NCBI RefSeq assembly: GCF_030028105.1
Contig: NC_092396.1
Span: forward strand, 18,993,820-19,057,819
Direction: 5' to 3'
DNA from: Mobula birostris
Lineage: Eukaryota
DNA: 64,000 nt
Both the position numbers and the translations under genes were made by a program. Each line of letters begins with the position of its first letter. The first letter of the stretch is position 1. The notes under the pieces are model-generated. The model did not search any database. It worked only from the letters and a program-made list of their open reading frames with translations, and had not been told where the DNA came from. Shown one piece after another: positions 50,991 through 63,736 of the stretch.

Positions 50991-51254
50991 GCGTATTCCC
51001 ACTCATAATTTACATGTAGTATAAAATGTAATCTGTTGGAAATATTCGTAGCGACTTTGGAGAGTTAAAAACATTGCTTCAGCTCTATGATCTTCAATTA
51101 AAAATTGGCAAAAAAAAAGAGACACTAAGTTTTAACAAACATGGCAGGAAGAATGACCACGGGTATTAAATGACAAAAGGAACTCTGTTTCGTCAGTGTG
51201 CACGTCCCAAGCTTCTGGTCCCTTTAATTTGCACGCTCACTCAGCACTATCTCT

Positions 51255-51480
51255 CTATTTATCGAGATACAGCGCAGAATAGGCCTTTTTGGCCCTTCAT
51301 GCCACGCCACCCAGCAAACCTCTGATTTAGTCCGAGCCAAATCATGAAACAATTTACAATGACCAATTAACCTACTAACCGGTATGTATTTGGACCATGG
51401 GACGAAACTGGAGCACCGGAGGAGACCCATGCAGTCACGGGGAGAATGTACAAACTCTTTACAGGCAACAGTGGGAAACT
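51255..51480 (-). mobile_element. V-SINE (HE1-like), partial
   Basis: Minus-strand V-domain GAGTTTGTACATTCTCCCCGTGACTGCATGGGTCTCCTCCGGTGCTCCAGTTTCGTCCCA. Confidence 0.8.
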
Positions 51481-51992
51481 GATCTCTATTATGTTCCAAT
51501 GAATCTTACACATGTTTCAGGGACAGCAGCCAATTCTACAGCCCTTATAGTTTCAACATTGAGTTGAACTATTTCAGCTAATGATTAAAGCATTCCCATT
51601 TAAACTTCCTTTCCAATTCTGGTTCTCTTCTCATGCCATTATCACATACTGTTGAAGCACCATCATCCCATTGTTACTTAATCTCTCCTGCCTTCCACTC
51701 TTTCAGAGATCTTATATTTTCTCCCATCACTGCTGATGTGTGGGGGTGGGGGGTGGGGAATGAGGGTTTGTTAAAATAAACATAAAGACTTCTTCTCCTG
51801 AGCACTGAGACAAGATCAGAGGGCAAACACTTTAAGTAACTAGTAGAAACATTTGAGGGAATCTGAAGAAATTTCAGAGCCTGAAAGGGTGGTAGAGTTA
51901 GAAACCCTCACCACATTTAAAACGTTGTTGGATGTGTGCATGAAGAGCTGTGACCTGCAGAGCTACAGACCTGGTCCTGGAAGGTGGAATTA

Positions 51993-52660
51993 GGTTGGCG
52001 GTGAGAGGGGCCCTCCCAGTCAGAGCCCTCCTGTACGCCCGGAATGTCGTCTCCGCACCCCACTGCCCACGGGAGGACTGCAGTGAGGAGGAGTCTGTGA
52101 CCCACCTCTTTGCACACTGCCAGTTCGCAAAGAGGGTGGGGAGGAGGATGGATGGGCTAGTGTCACGTTTCATCCCCAGCAGCTGCGTGCAGGACTCTCT
52201 GATCTACGGGCTGTTCCCGGGGACGCACACGGAGACCAACATCCGGTGCTGCTGGCAGATCATCAACTCGGTGAAAGACGCTCTTTGGTCAGCACGAAAC
52301 TTGGTGATCTACCAGCACATGGAGATGTCCGTGGGAGAATGCTGCCGACTGGCACATTCTCGGCTGCAGGAGTATGTACTGAGGGACGCACTGAAACTCA
52401 GTGCAGCCACCGCAAGGGCCCAGTGGGGAAGGACCACAGTTTAGGTTTCTCCACCCGTGGGAGTGGGAGGGGTCGGGGGTTGGGGAGTATACCCCTCAAC
52501 AATGAGATGCTAAACTGAACTACTGGAGTGCCACGTCGGTGGCTATAAATACGGATATTTACTGAGTATAATGGAAATGTATGTAAAGGATGAAAAGTTA
52601 TTGAATGGTTTATTGTATATATTTATTTTTGAATAAAGTATATTTTGAAATAAAAAAAAA
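51993..52660 (+). mobile_element. Tx1-type LINE copy A (ORF2 3' end, 3' UTR, poly A)
   Basis: zf-RVT CPREDCSEEESVTHLFAHC; AATAAA and A tail. Confidence 0.9.
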
Positions 52661-52673
52661 CTGACAGGGCGGG

Positions 52674-53808
52674 GATGACCTGCCAGCAGCACCGGATGTT
52701 GGTCTCTGTGTGCGTCCCCGGGAACAGCCCGTAGATCAGAGAGTCCTCTGTTACGCAGCTGCTGGGGATGAAACGTGACACTAGCCCGTCCATCCTCCTC
52801 CACACCCTCTTTGCGAACTGGCAGTGTGCAAAGAGGTGGGTCACAGACTCCTCCTCACTGCAGTCCTCCCATGGGCAGTGGGGTGCGGAGACGACGTTCT
52901 GGGCGTACAGGAGGGCTCTGACTGGGAGGGCCCCTCTCACCGCCAGCCAGGCGAGGTCTTGGTGCCTGTTGGTGAGATCTGGCGATGAGGCATTTTGCCA
53001 GATGAACTGGACAGTCTGCTCAGGAAACCACCCCACTGTGTCCATCACATCCTTCTCCTGCAGTGCCTGCAGGACACTACGTGCCGACCACTGCCTGATG
53101 GCCCTGCGGTCAAAGGCGTTCTCCTGGAAGAACTTTGCTACGTAGGACAGGTATGCCGGCAACGACCAGCTGACTGGGGAGTTGCGCGGGAGTGGGGCCA
53201 CACCCATCCTTCGTAGCCAGGGCGACAGGTAGAACCTGGGCACATAGTGGTACTTGGTGCCCACATACCTGGGTTCTACACACAACCTGATGCAGCCACA
53301 TACGAAGCTGGCCATCAAGGTGAGGGCGACATTGGGGACGTTCTTGCCCCCGTTGTCCAGGGACTTGTGCATGACGGTCCGTCTCACTCGCTCCATCTTG
53401 GATCCCCAGACGAATCTGAAGACAGCCCGTGTGATTTCCGAGCTGTAGGAGCGGGGGACGGGCCAGATCTGCGCCAAGTACAGCAGCCCTGAGAGCACCT
53501 CACACCTGATGACCAGGTTCTTGCCCGTTATCCACAGGGAGCGCCCTCCCCACAGTCCCAGTTTCTGTTTTACCTTGGCAGTCCGCTCCTGCCAGTTCTT
53601 GTTGCACGCCTCAGCCCCGCCGAACCAGATCCCCAACACCTTCACGTGGTCAGACCTGATGGTGAAGGGGACGCTGGATCGGTCGGGCCAGTTGCCAAAG
53701 AGCATGGCTTCGCTCTTCGTGCGGTTGACCCTGGCCCCCGACGCTAGCTCGAACTGTTCGCAGATGCCAATCAACCTGCGAACTGACCTCGGATCAGAGC
53801 AGAAGACG
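52674..53808 (-). mobile_element. Tx1-type LINE copy B (inverted 5' segment)
   Basis: Minus ORF 52623-53822 is near-identical to 54963-56094. Confidence 0.9.
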
Positions 53809-53810
53809 CT

Positions 53811-54214
53811 GCAGATCATCAACTCGGTGAAAGACGCTCTTTGGTCGGCCCGGAACTTGATGATCTACCAGCACATGGATGTCCGTGGGAGAATGCTGCC
53901 GACTGGCACATTCTCGGCTGCAGGAGTACGTGCTGAGGGACGCACTGAAACTCGGTGCAGCCACCGCAAGGGCCCGGTGGGGAAGGACCACAGTATAGGT
54001 TTCTTCACCCGCGGGAGTGGGAGGGGTCGGGTGGTGGGGAGTATACCCCTCAACAATGAGATGCTAAGCTGAACTACTGGAGTGCCACGTGGGTGGCTAT
54101 AAATACGGATATGTACTGACTATAATGGAAACGTATGTAAAGGATGAAAAGTTATTGAATGGTTTATTGTATATATTTGTTTTTGAATAAAGTATATTTT
54201 GAAATTAAAAAAAA
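53811..54214 (+). mobile_element. Tx1-type LINE segment C (3' part of the inverted copy)
   Basis: Begins at QIINSVKD, where B ends in element coordinates; ends in poly A. Confidence 0.9.
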
Positions 54215-56491
54215 CTGACAGGCTCTATCCGTTCCTTTGGGTCGGGTAAGACTCCCGGAAGCGACGGCTTACCGGCTGAGTTGTACTCGGCTCTGTGGAA
54301 CTGGATGGGCCCAGACCTGCTGGAAGTGTACAACGCTATGCTTCTGGCCGGCGGTATGTCTGAGTCCATGAGGAAGGGCATCATCATCCTCATCTACAAG
54401 CAGAAGGGGGAAAGGGAGGACATTAGAAATTGGAGACCCGTCTCTCTCCTGATTGTAGATTACAAGATCCTGTCCAAGGCTATCGCCAACAGAGTCAAGT
54501 CTGCTCTAGGACAGGTGATTCACCCAGACCAAACCTGTGCCGTACCGGGCAGGAAGATCTCAGACAGCCTCGCGCTGCTGAGGGACACCATCGCCTACAT
54601 GCAGGACAGGGGGGTGAACGCCTGCCTGGTCAGCTTGGACCAGGAGAAAGCCTTCGACAGGATATCGCACACGTACATGGTGGATGTGCTGTCCAAAATG
54701 GGATTTGGGGAGGGAATCTGGAATTGGATTAGACTTCTCTACACAGACATCTGTAGTGCAGTCCAGGTCAACGGGTGGGAAACAGACAGCTTCCCCATCA
54801 GGTCTGGAGTCAGGCAGGGCTGTCCCCTCTCCCGTGTCTTGTTTGTCTGCTGCATAGAACCCTTTGCGGAAGCCATCAGGAGGGATGAGGGCATAAGAGG
54901 GGTGACGCTGCCAGGCAGTGGAGGGACCCAAGTGAAAACCTCCCTGTACATGGACGATGTCACCATCTTCTGCTCTGATCTGAGGTCAGTTCGCAGGTTG
55001 ATTGGCATCTGTGAACAGTTCGAGTTAGCGTCGGGGGCCAGGGTCTACTGCACGAAGAGCGAAGCCATGCTCTTCGGCAACTGGCCCGACCGATCCAGCG
55101 TCCCCTTCACCATCAGGTCTGACCACGTGAGGGTGTTGGGGATCTGGTTTGGAGGGGCTGAGGCATGCAACAAGAACTGGCAGGAGTGGACTGCCAAGGT
55201 GAAACAGAAACTGGGACTGTGGGGAGGACGCTCCCTGTCGATAACGGTCAAGAACCTGGTCATCAGGTGTGAGGTGCTCTCAGGGCTGCTGTACTTGGCG
55301 CAGGTCTGGCCTGTCCCCCGCTCCTACAGCTCGGAAATCACCCGAGCTGTCTTCAGATTCATCTAGGGATCCAAGATGGAGCGGGTGAGACGGACCGTCA
55401 TGCACAAGTCCCTGGACAACGGGGGCAAGAACGTCCCCAATGTCGCCCTCACCCTGATGGCCAGCTTCGTATGTGGCTGCATCAGGTTGTGTGTAGAACC
55501 CAGGTATGTGGGCACCAAGTACCACTATGTGCCCAGGTTCTACCTGTCTCCCTGGCTACGAAGGATGGGTCTGGCCCCACTCACGCGCAACGCCCCAGTC
55601 AGCTGGTCGTTGCCGGCATACCTGTCCTACGTAGCAAAGTTCTTCCAGGAGAATGCCTTTGACCGCAGGGCCATCAGGCAGTGGACGGCATGTAATGTCC
55701 TGCAGGCACTGCAGGAGAAGGACGTGATGGACACAGTGGGGTGGTTCCCTGAGCAGACCGTCCAGTTCATCTGGCAAAATGCCTCATCGCCAGATCTCAC
55801 CAACAGGCACCAAGACCTCGCCTGGCTGGCGGTGAGAGGGGCTCTCCCAGTCAGAGCCCTCCTGTACGCCCGGAACATCATCTCCGCACCGCACTGCCCA
55901 CAGGAGGACTGGAGTGAGGACGAGTCTGTGACCCACCTCTTTGCACACTGTCAGTTCGCAGAGAGGGTGTGGAGGAGGATGGACGGGCTAGTGTCACGTT
56001 TCATCCCCAGCAGCTGCGTGCAGGACTCTCTGATCTACGGGCTGTTCCCGGGGACGCACACGGAGACCAACATCCGGTGCTGCTGGCAGATCATCAACTC
56101 GGTGAAAGACGTTCTTTGGTCAGCCCGAAACTTGATGATCTACCAGCACACAGAGATGTCCGTAGGAGAATGCTGCCGACTGGCACATTCTCGGTTGCAG
56201 GAGTACGTGCCAAGGGACGCACTGAAAGTTGATGCAGCCACTGCAAGGGCCTGGTGGGGAAGGACCACAGTATAGGTTTCTCCACCCGTGGGAGTGGGAG
56301 GGGTCGGGGGTTGGGGAGTATACCCCTCAACAATGATATGGTAAGCTGAACTACTGGAGTGCCACGTGGGTGGCTATAAATACGGATATGTACTGACTAT
56401 AATGGAAACGTATGTAAAGGATGGAAAGTTATTGAATGGTTTATTGTATATATTTATTTTTGAATAAAGTATAATTTGAAATAAAAAAAAA
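54215..56491 (+). mobile_element. Tx1-type LINE copy D, 5'-truncated, near-intact RT
   Basis: KTPGSDGLPAELY, RNWRPVSLL, LDQEKAFDR, GVRQGCPLS, LYMDDVT, zf-RVT; single TAG at 55364-55366; poly A. Confidence 0.93.
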
Positions 56492-57462
56492 CACTTTTTC
56501 CAACTAATGTGGCAAATGGCCTTCTTTGGTACTAAATATTATCTATACTTTATGATTCTTTAATATTCATTCAAGACAAGTAGGTGTCACTGATTTCTGT
56601 ATACTCTAGGATTTAGACTCAAATGACAAAGGAGTGAAATTGTTTTTTGATGATTCCTACCTCAAACAACCCAGTTTATTCATGTGAGATTTAACTATGG
56701 CAATGGAATTCAGCATCAAAAGGACATGATTAAGTTATTTTCTTGGAGCAAGTGGTTATTTCAATATCCTTTGCTAATATCAAGCAAAACTGATAAGTAG
56801 CAAAGACTATTCTAGGAGTTGTAAATAAAACTAAGCACTCTGCAGTTATCAGCAAACATCTCCTTTTCTGTTTTATGACACGAAAATTATGTCGAAGCCA
56901 CCAAAAATAGTTGGGTTGATCAAGCAGCCAAAAATGGTTAGGTCTAAGATGTTGTCCTGAGGAATTTATGTTGCAAAACCTCAGAGCTGATATCATTGGC
57001 TTCCAACAATCACAACCAGCTTTTCTCATGCAAATTGAGAAGTCAGTTTTACTGGAGCTTCTTAATGCCTCACTTGGTCAAATGTTGTTATTATGTTCGT
57101 GTCATAAACAGCAATTCAAACCAGAACTTCAAACAAGCTACTTACATTAACACTGCAGTCACTTGATGCTAGGTTTCACCCTACAGGCAAAATAATCCCC
57201 ACAACTTTTAGTTCACATATGTATTATGACTACTTTGGTAAAGGATCAAAGATCAATGCTCCCAGTAAAAGAAACTTCCACAACATTCCTGTATGTTTAC
57301 AGAATCTAAACAGCAGAATAAACAGGCAGCATACACATACAGAAGTAGTAGTAATTAGGCCAATGCAAAATGAACTAGAAAAGTAATTATTCTACATCCT
57401 CCTTTCTGGAAAAGTAAAGACAGGTCAAACTATGAAATACAGAACTCAGGCCTCTGGCCTAC

Positions 57463-57572
57463 ACTTGAGCTGCTTTTTAATCTTTCTGGACTTGGTCTCT
57501 GTGTGCCACATCCATATTCTTCCGGAGAAATTTGGCTGGACTATGTTTGTACGGTCCTTAACACAATAACTG
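57463..57572 (-). CDS. Internal exon: (S)SYCVKDRTNIVQPNFSGRIWMWHTETKSRKIKKQLK(Y)
   Basis: Polypyrimidine tract plus CAGCAG tandem acceptor (start 57572 or 57569); only one frame is open; weaker donor AGT|GTAGGC; phases fit both neighbours. Confidence 0.6.
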
Positions 57573-58033
57573 CTGTCAGCATGTGAAACAAAAGAGGGAA
57601 ACATTCTAAATTGCCTTATCACTTGATCAAGAAAGAACCACTAGTTTTACATAGGGCCTTTTCTTTAATATAGTAAAGTTTCTCAAAACACTTTACAGGA
57701 GCGTCATCAAGCAAAATTTGACATCGGGCAGACAGTGAAAAGTTTGGCCGATAAAGTAGATCTTAAGGAAGAAAATGAGTGGAGAACACTTGGCAGAAAA
57801 TTCCAGAGTTCCCAGGAATATCATAACCAAGAGCACTGGGAAAGGAAAATTATGGAAGGTAGCTCAAGATTATCTCAGAATATCATCAAATTTGAAATCA
57901 GCCCAGATCCACCTTTTCTGCAAATGGAATTGACCATGTGATAACAATTTAACCAAACCTGTCCGGCTTGATCTCTTTTTAATATAGAAATCTATCAGAT
58001 GCAAACTTGCTCTTATCAAGCTAAAGTGAATAC

Positions 58034-58065
58034 CTAGCACAGCTTCTGCTGTTGATCAGCTCAAC
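58034..58065 (-). CDS. 32-nt exon: VELINSRSCA(S)
   Basis: Acceptor CACTTTACAG; donor TAG|GTATTC; phase 0 to phase 2. Confidence 0.55.
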
Positions 58066-58641
58066 CTGTAAAGTGATCATTTTACTAAACTTTGCATACG
58101 ACTCATAAGATCATAAGAAATGGGAGCAGAAATGGAAGTAGGTTGTTTACAAGACATGAATGGCTGATGTGACCTTGGTCTCAGCTGTGCTTTCCTGACT
58201 GTCGCCTAATAATGTTGACTCCCATTTAGATAAATATCTGTCTATATGGGCCTAGTCGTATACTTACTAAGTCAGCTTCCTCAGCTCTATGAGCTACAAA
58301 ATTTCATTTTTCTAACCATCTAGAAAACAAACTTCCTGCTCAAATTGGGTAATCTTTTATTCACCTTAGTTTCTTACTAGTCTCTATTTTACTAACTTTT
58401 TCCATTTCGTCTCTTCTGAATATCCTAAGTTCCCACTGAGTTACAATCCCACATTTATTAATAGCTCTCTGGTCGGCAGACTATTTTTGACAGCATCATA
58501 ATAAAATACAAATCTATCTTAGAACAAGGATCACTTGATAGTGTTTGATAAAACGATTACTATCCTCCTCCATACCCAGGGCGTCTAAGCTACATCTAGA
58601 ATCCCAATTGCCAGCCAACTGACTAATAAATCAAATGATAC

Positions 58642-58693
58642 CTTCAGGTCTGTATGACGATTGTATATGCCAATTGAAGAAAATTGGGGCAAC
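58642..58693 (-). CDS. 52-nt exon: LPQFSSIGIYNRHTDLK
   Basis: Donor AAG|GTATCA, ends in phase 0; acceptor GTGCCCAG has a poor pyrimidine tract. Confidence 0.4.
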
Positions 58694-59294
58694 CTGGGCA
58701 CGTTTTATTTTAGTGATCATATAAATGAAGTTTATAATTTGGGGGGGTTGAAATACTTTACATTTCAGACAGAGGTGTGAACGTCAAGCACTCCCAGGTC
58801 ACAGAATTTTACAGCAATGGGAGCAGAATGTCCAATCCAATGTGCTTGAGACAACTTATTTAAACAATAATTAACTTAGTCTCCTTTCTCCTGGTCTCCT
58901 TTCTGCTTCCCATACTGTTTCAATCTTAGCTTTTTAAATAAGTATACTTTTACTCTAAAGTGTCTGTTGTTGTTTCCTGTGGAGTATTTTATAACCTAAG
59001 CCAAAAGGACAGTCTCTCCTTACTATCCCTTTCTTAATTGATTAGATATTGTACTGCCAGATGTACATAGAATAAAACTCTGTTCCAACAATGTCTTAAC
59101 CCCAAGCAAAAACACTGACTTAAACTCAGTGTGACATTCCTTACAATAACATTTTGAAGCGCGATAATCAATGCCAAGTTAGGAGCAATTACGTTATATA
59201 AGCCAATGACTACTGAGAACTACGTAGAGACAAACGTTTCACATAGGATAGTCACTTGCTTATTTTCTCTCAAAGTTAGTGAATGACACCATCA

Positions 59295-61870
59295 CAGTTA
59301 TAGAGCAAAAGAGGCAAAACAGCATGGATGCTGACAATGTTGCTGCCCATGCAGTCCCAATTTTCTGCATTTGGCCCATCCCTCTATCAGGGGTGGTACA
59401 TATTCCACCCTCATATACCTATACAAGTACTTTTTAAATGATATAATTGCACCTACCTCAATCACTTCCCCGGCAGCTCCCTTCATACTCAACTGCTTCT
59501 GCCCCTCAAATCCCTTTTTAATCTTCCCCTGTCACCCTACATTTCTGCCACCTAGTTTTGGACATCCCTACCCTGGGGGAAGAATGTTACCATTCACCTT
59601 ATCTATGCTCCTCATGATTTATAAACCCCTATAAAGTCACCCCTTATTGTCCAGTGAATAAAGACCTCACCTGGCCAACCTCTCCCTTTAACTCTAGTCT
59701 TGGCAACATCCTTGTAAATCTATTCTGCAATCTTTCCAATTTAACCATGTCTTTCCTATAGCAGGGTGACAAAACTAGACAGTACTCCAAGTGTGGCCTC
59801 ACACAACTACAATATAATGTCCCAACACCTAAACTCAATGCCCTGACTGATGAAGGCCAACATGTCTACCTTTACTGCCATTTTCAACAAACTATGCATG
59901 TACTCCTGGGTCACTCTGTTTCATTACATTCCCTAATACTCTTACCATCCACAGTATAAGTCCTTTGCTGGTCTGACTTTGCAAAATGCAGCACCTCACA
60001 TTTATCCATTTGCCAAACCTCGGCTCACTTCCTTAACTGATCAAGATCCCCCTTGTAATCTACAATAACCTTCTTCACTATCAACACATTCCCTAATTTC
60101 ATGTCAAACTTACTGATCCTTTGCATCCAAATCATTTATATAATCATGAATAACAAGGATCCCAACACTGATCCCTCTAGCACAACACTAGTCACAAGCC
60201 TCCATTCCAAGAAACAACTTTTAAACACAACCTTTTGCTTCCTACTTTCAAGTCAATTTTGATTCCACCTAACTAGTTCTCTCTGGATTCTATGAGACCT
60301 AACTTTCCAGACCACCCTAACATGCAAGACCTTGTTAAAGGCCTTGCCAAAGTCCAAATAGACAATATTCTCTAACCTACGCTAGTCTAGCTTTTTGGTT
60401 ACCGCTTCATCAGTCATAACTTTCCATGCATAAAGCCATGCTGATTCCTCCTAATCCTGGTAGCTCTTGTCTCTCCGAATTCCCTCCAATTATTTCTGCA
60501 CTACTGATACAAGGCTGACTGGCCTGTGGTTCCCTAGCTTGTTCTTCCTACCCTTTTAAAACAAAATATTAACATTACCCACCTTCCATTCTTTGGGACA
60601 TTCATCAGTGGCTAATGCTGAAGCAAATAAGGGCTTCCACAATTTCACTTCTAATATCGCACAAAGTCCAAGGATGCACCTCAGTCAGGCCGTCAGAATT
60701 TATCCACCTTAATGTACTGTATGGCTACGAATGCTTCACCCCTGATATATGTATGCTCTCAAAAATATCTGCACTTGTTTCTCTTCTCTTGAGCAACCAT
60801 GATTTTCTCCACAGAGGAGGAAAATTTATTAAAAATCACACCCATCTCCTGTGGCTCATGACATAGGCAGCCCTGCTGATCTCAAAAGGATCGATTTTTT
60901 TCCCGAGCCACCTCTTTATTCTTAATATAGCTATAGAACTTCTTGGGATTTTCCGTAACCTTACCTGCCAGATCCATCTCATACCCAGTCTTTGCCCTTT
61001 TAAGAGTATTCTTAATCTTTTTAGAGTCATCAAGGGGTTCTCTTACACCCAATCTCCTAAATTTCCTTCTTTTTCTTGATCAGAGACTAAATATCTTTTG
61101 TCAGGCAAGGTTCTATAAACCTGACAAGTTTACCCTTTACCCTAACATGAACATACTGCTCCAGGACTCTTGATATTATATTCTTAAAAGCCTCCCAGCA
61201 CTTGCTTTGTTTCTTTCCCTTCAGAAAGGCTCAGCCAGTCAACCTCTGTAAGACCTTGACTAATTCCCTCAAAATGAGCCCTGTTGCAGTTCAGTACCTA
61301 TAGACCTGTCCTATCTTTTTTTCCCATCACTATCTTAAAACTAATAGAATTATGGGCACTGAAGCCAAAGTGCTACCTGACTGTCACTTCAGTTACCTGC
61401 CTCGCCTTGTTCCCCAAGAGAAGGTTCAGTATTGCATCCTCCCAAGTAGACCTTTTATGTACTGACTCAGGAAACTTTCCTGGACACATTTCACAAATTC
61501 CACCCCATCCAGTGTAATCTTAGCACTCTGTGTAGTCTTATCAAAAACAAAGCGATTAAAACCTCCCCCATTATTCTTACAGCTATGAGCAATTTCTCCA
61601 CATGCCTGTTTCCCAGTTCCGCTAATTTTTGGGGAGAGGATTCTATAAAACAGCCTCCCTCTTGTTTCTAATTTCTACACATACAGCTTCACCAGATGAC
61701 CCACCAAGAATGTCATTGCTAAGTACCGCTGTTACGTCCTCCTTTATCAAAGAAGGCAATGTAACCTTCTCTTTTATTTGTACCTCTATCATGCCTGTAG
61801 CATCTGTATCCTGGAATGATGAGCTGCCAGTTCTGCCTTTCTCTCGGCCATGTTTCTGTTATGGCTATAA
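59295..61870 (-). mobile_element. Decayed CR1 LINE (ORF2)
   Basis: VRPHLEYCLV..DMVKLERLQNRFTRMLP; RT and endonuclease remnants extending rightwards. Confidence 0.8.
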
Positions 61871-62562
61871 CTTCCCAGTCACAGAGCAGTACAGCATGAA
61901 TACAATCTCCTCAGCCCAATCACAGTGCCCACCTAGCTAGTCCCAATTTCCTGCATTTGGCCCATATCCTTCTAAGCCCCTCCCTCCCATGTTCCTATCA
62001 AAGTGCCTCTTAAATGATACTACTGTACCTGCCTTAACCACTTCCTCTGGCAGTTCATTCCATTTGCTCATTACCCACTGCATGAAGAAATTGTCCCTTA
62101 AATCCCCTAGTTTTGGTCTCCCTACCCTAGGGAAAAGGCTATTACCATCCAACTGATTTATGCTTTTTTATAGTTTTAAACATTTCTATAAGTTTAACTC
62201 CCACCGCCACTACTTTATCATTTCCTGTCAGTCGCCTTATGTACTGACACCCCTGCGCCAAGCTTCACTTTATGAACATACAATCAATCTATGTAGATAA
62301 GCTACCAAATGTATTTACCTATACAGTATTTACGGTGTTTTTTTATTATTGTGTCCTTTATCCTATTGTATTTCTTTTGTGCTGCATCATATCCGGAGTA
62401 ACAATTATTTCATTCTCCTTTATGCTTGCATACTGGAAATGACATTACACAACCTTGAAGGTCACTCCTCATTCTCCTACATTTTAAGGAATAAAGACCG
62501 AGACTGGCCAACCTCTCCCTATAACTCAGGCCCTCTAGTCCTGGTAACATCCTCATAAACAA

Positions 62563-62830
62563 GGCGGCAGGGTAGCATAGTGGTTAGCACGATGCTTTAC
62601 AGTACAGGTCCATCGGGTTCAGTTCCCTGTGAACGTGTGGGTTTCCTCAGAGGGCTCCAGTTTCCTCCCACAGTCCAAAGATGTACCAGTTGGTGGGTTA
62701 ATTAGTCATTGTAAATTGTCCTATGATTAGGCTGGGATTAAATCAGGGCATTGCATCGCTGGATGGTGTGGCTCAAAGGCCTGTATGGGCCTATTCTACA
62801 CTGCAGCTCAATAAATAATAAATAAATAAA
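62563..62830 (+). mobile_element. V-SINE (HE1-like), tRNA-derived
   Basis: A box TAGCATAGTGG, B box GGTTCAGTTCC, V-domain GGGTTTCCTC..CAGTTTCCTCCCACAGTCCAAAGA, (AATA)n tail. Confidence 0.85.
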
Positions 62831-63174
62831 TCTTTCCTGAATATTTTCAGTTTAGCACATTTTTCCTATAAAAGGGTAACCAAAACTGTACCAGTACAAG
62901 TGCAGCCTCACCAATGACATACAACTGCAACATAGTGTTCCAATACTAACACACAATGCCCTGATTAATGAGTGCCAAGATGCTAAGTGTCTTTTTCACT
63001 ACCTGTGATGCCACTTCCAACAAACTATGTATTTGTACTCTTTATTTCCTGTTCTATTAAACTATAAATGGCGGGGTATTTGGGAGTGTAAGTCCTATAG
63101 TGGTATGACATTCCAAAATGCATTGCCTGACACCTATCTCAATTAAAACCCATTTACCACTCCCTGGCACGTGG

Positions 63175-63736
63175 ATACCATGGTCTGGAAACATAATGCC
63201 CTTGAATGAAAGTGCCTACAAAAAAAGTAGTGGATACAGCCCAGTTCATCATGGTGTAAAGCCCCCCCCCCACCCCCCACACCATTAAGGACATCAACAT
63301 GGAGTATTGTTGCAGGAAAGCAGCATTCATCTTCAAGGCCCCTCACCATCCAGGCCATGTTCTCCTCTCGCTGCCGCCATCAGGAAGGAGGTACCGGAGC
63401 CTCAGGACCCACACTACCAGGTTGAGGAACAGTAATTACATCTTAATTATCAGGCTCTTGAACCAGAGGGGATACCTTCACTCACCCCAACTCTGAACTG
63501 TTCTCAAAATCTATCTACTCACTTTCAAGGACTCTGAGATGTTTATTGCTTATTTATTATTATTATTATTTTGTATTTGTATAGTTTGTTGTCTTTTGCA
63601 TATTGGTTGTTCATTTGTTGTGTGCAGTCTTTTATGGATTCTACCGTGTTTCTTTGTATTTACTGAATCTCACGGTTGTACATGGTGACATATATGTACT
63701 TTGATAATAAATTTACTTTAAACACTTTGAACTTTG
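63175..63736 (+). mobile_element. Rex1/Babar LINE 3' fragment
   Basis: CCRKAAFIFKAPHHPGHVLLSLPPSGRRYRSLRTHTTRLRNS; (CTTTGAA)n tail. Confidence 0.85.

Noticed and set aside
52623-53822. 399-aa minus ORF as a functional gene
   Set aside because: It is the inverted Tx1 ORF2 segment; start and stop come from the junctions.
62563-62625. tRNA gene
   Set aside because: The A and B boxes belong to a V-SINE head; no full cloverleaf.
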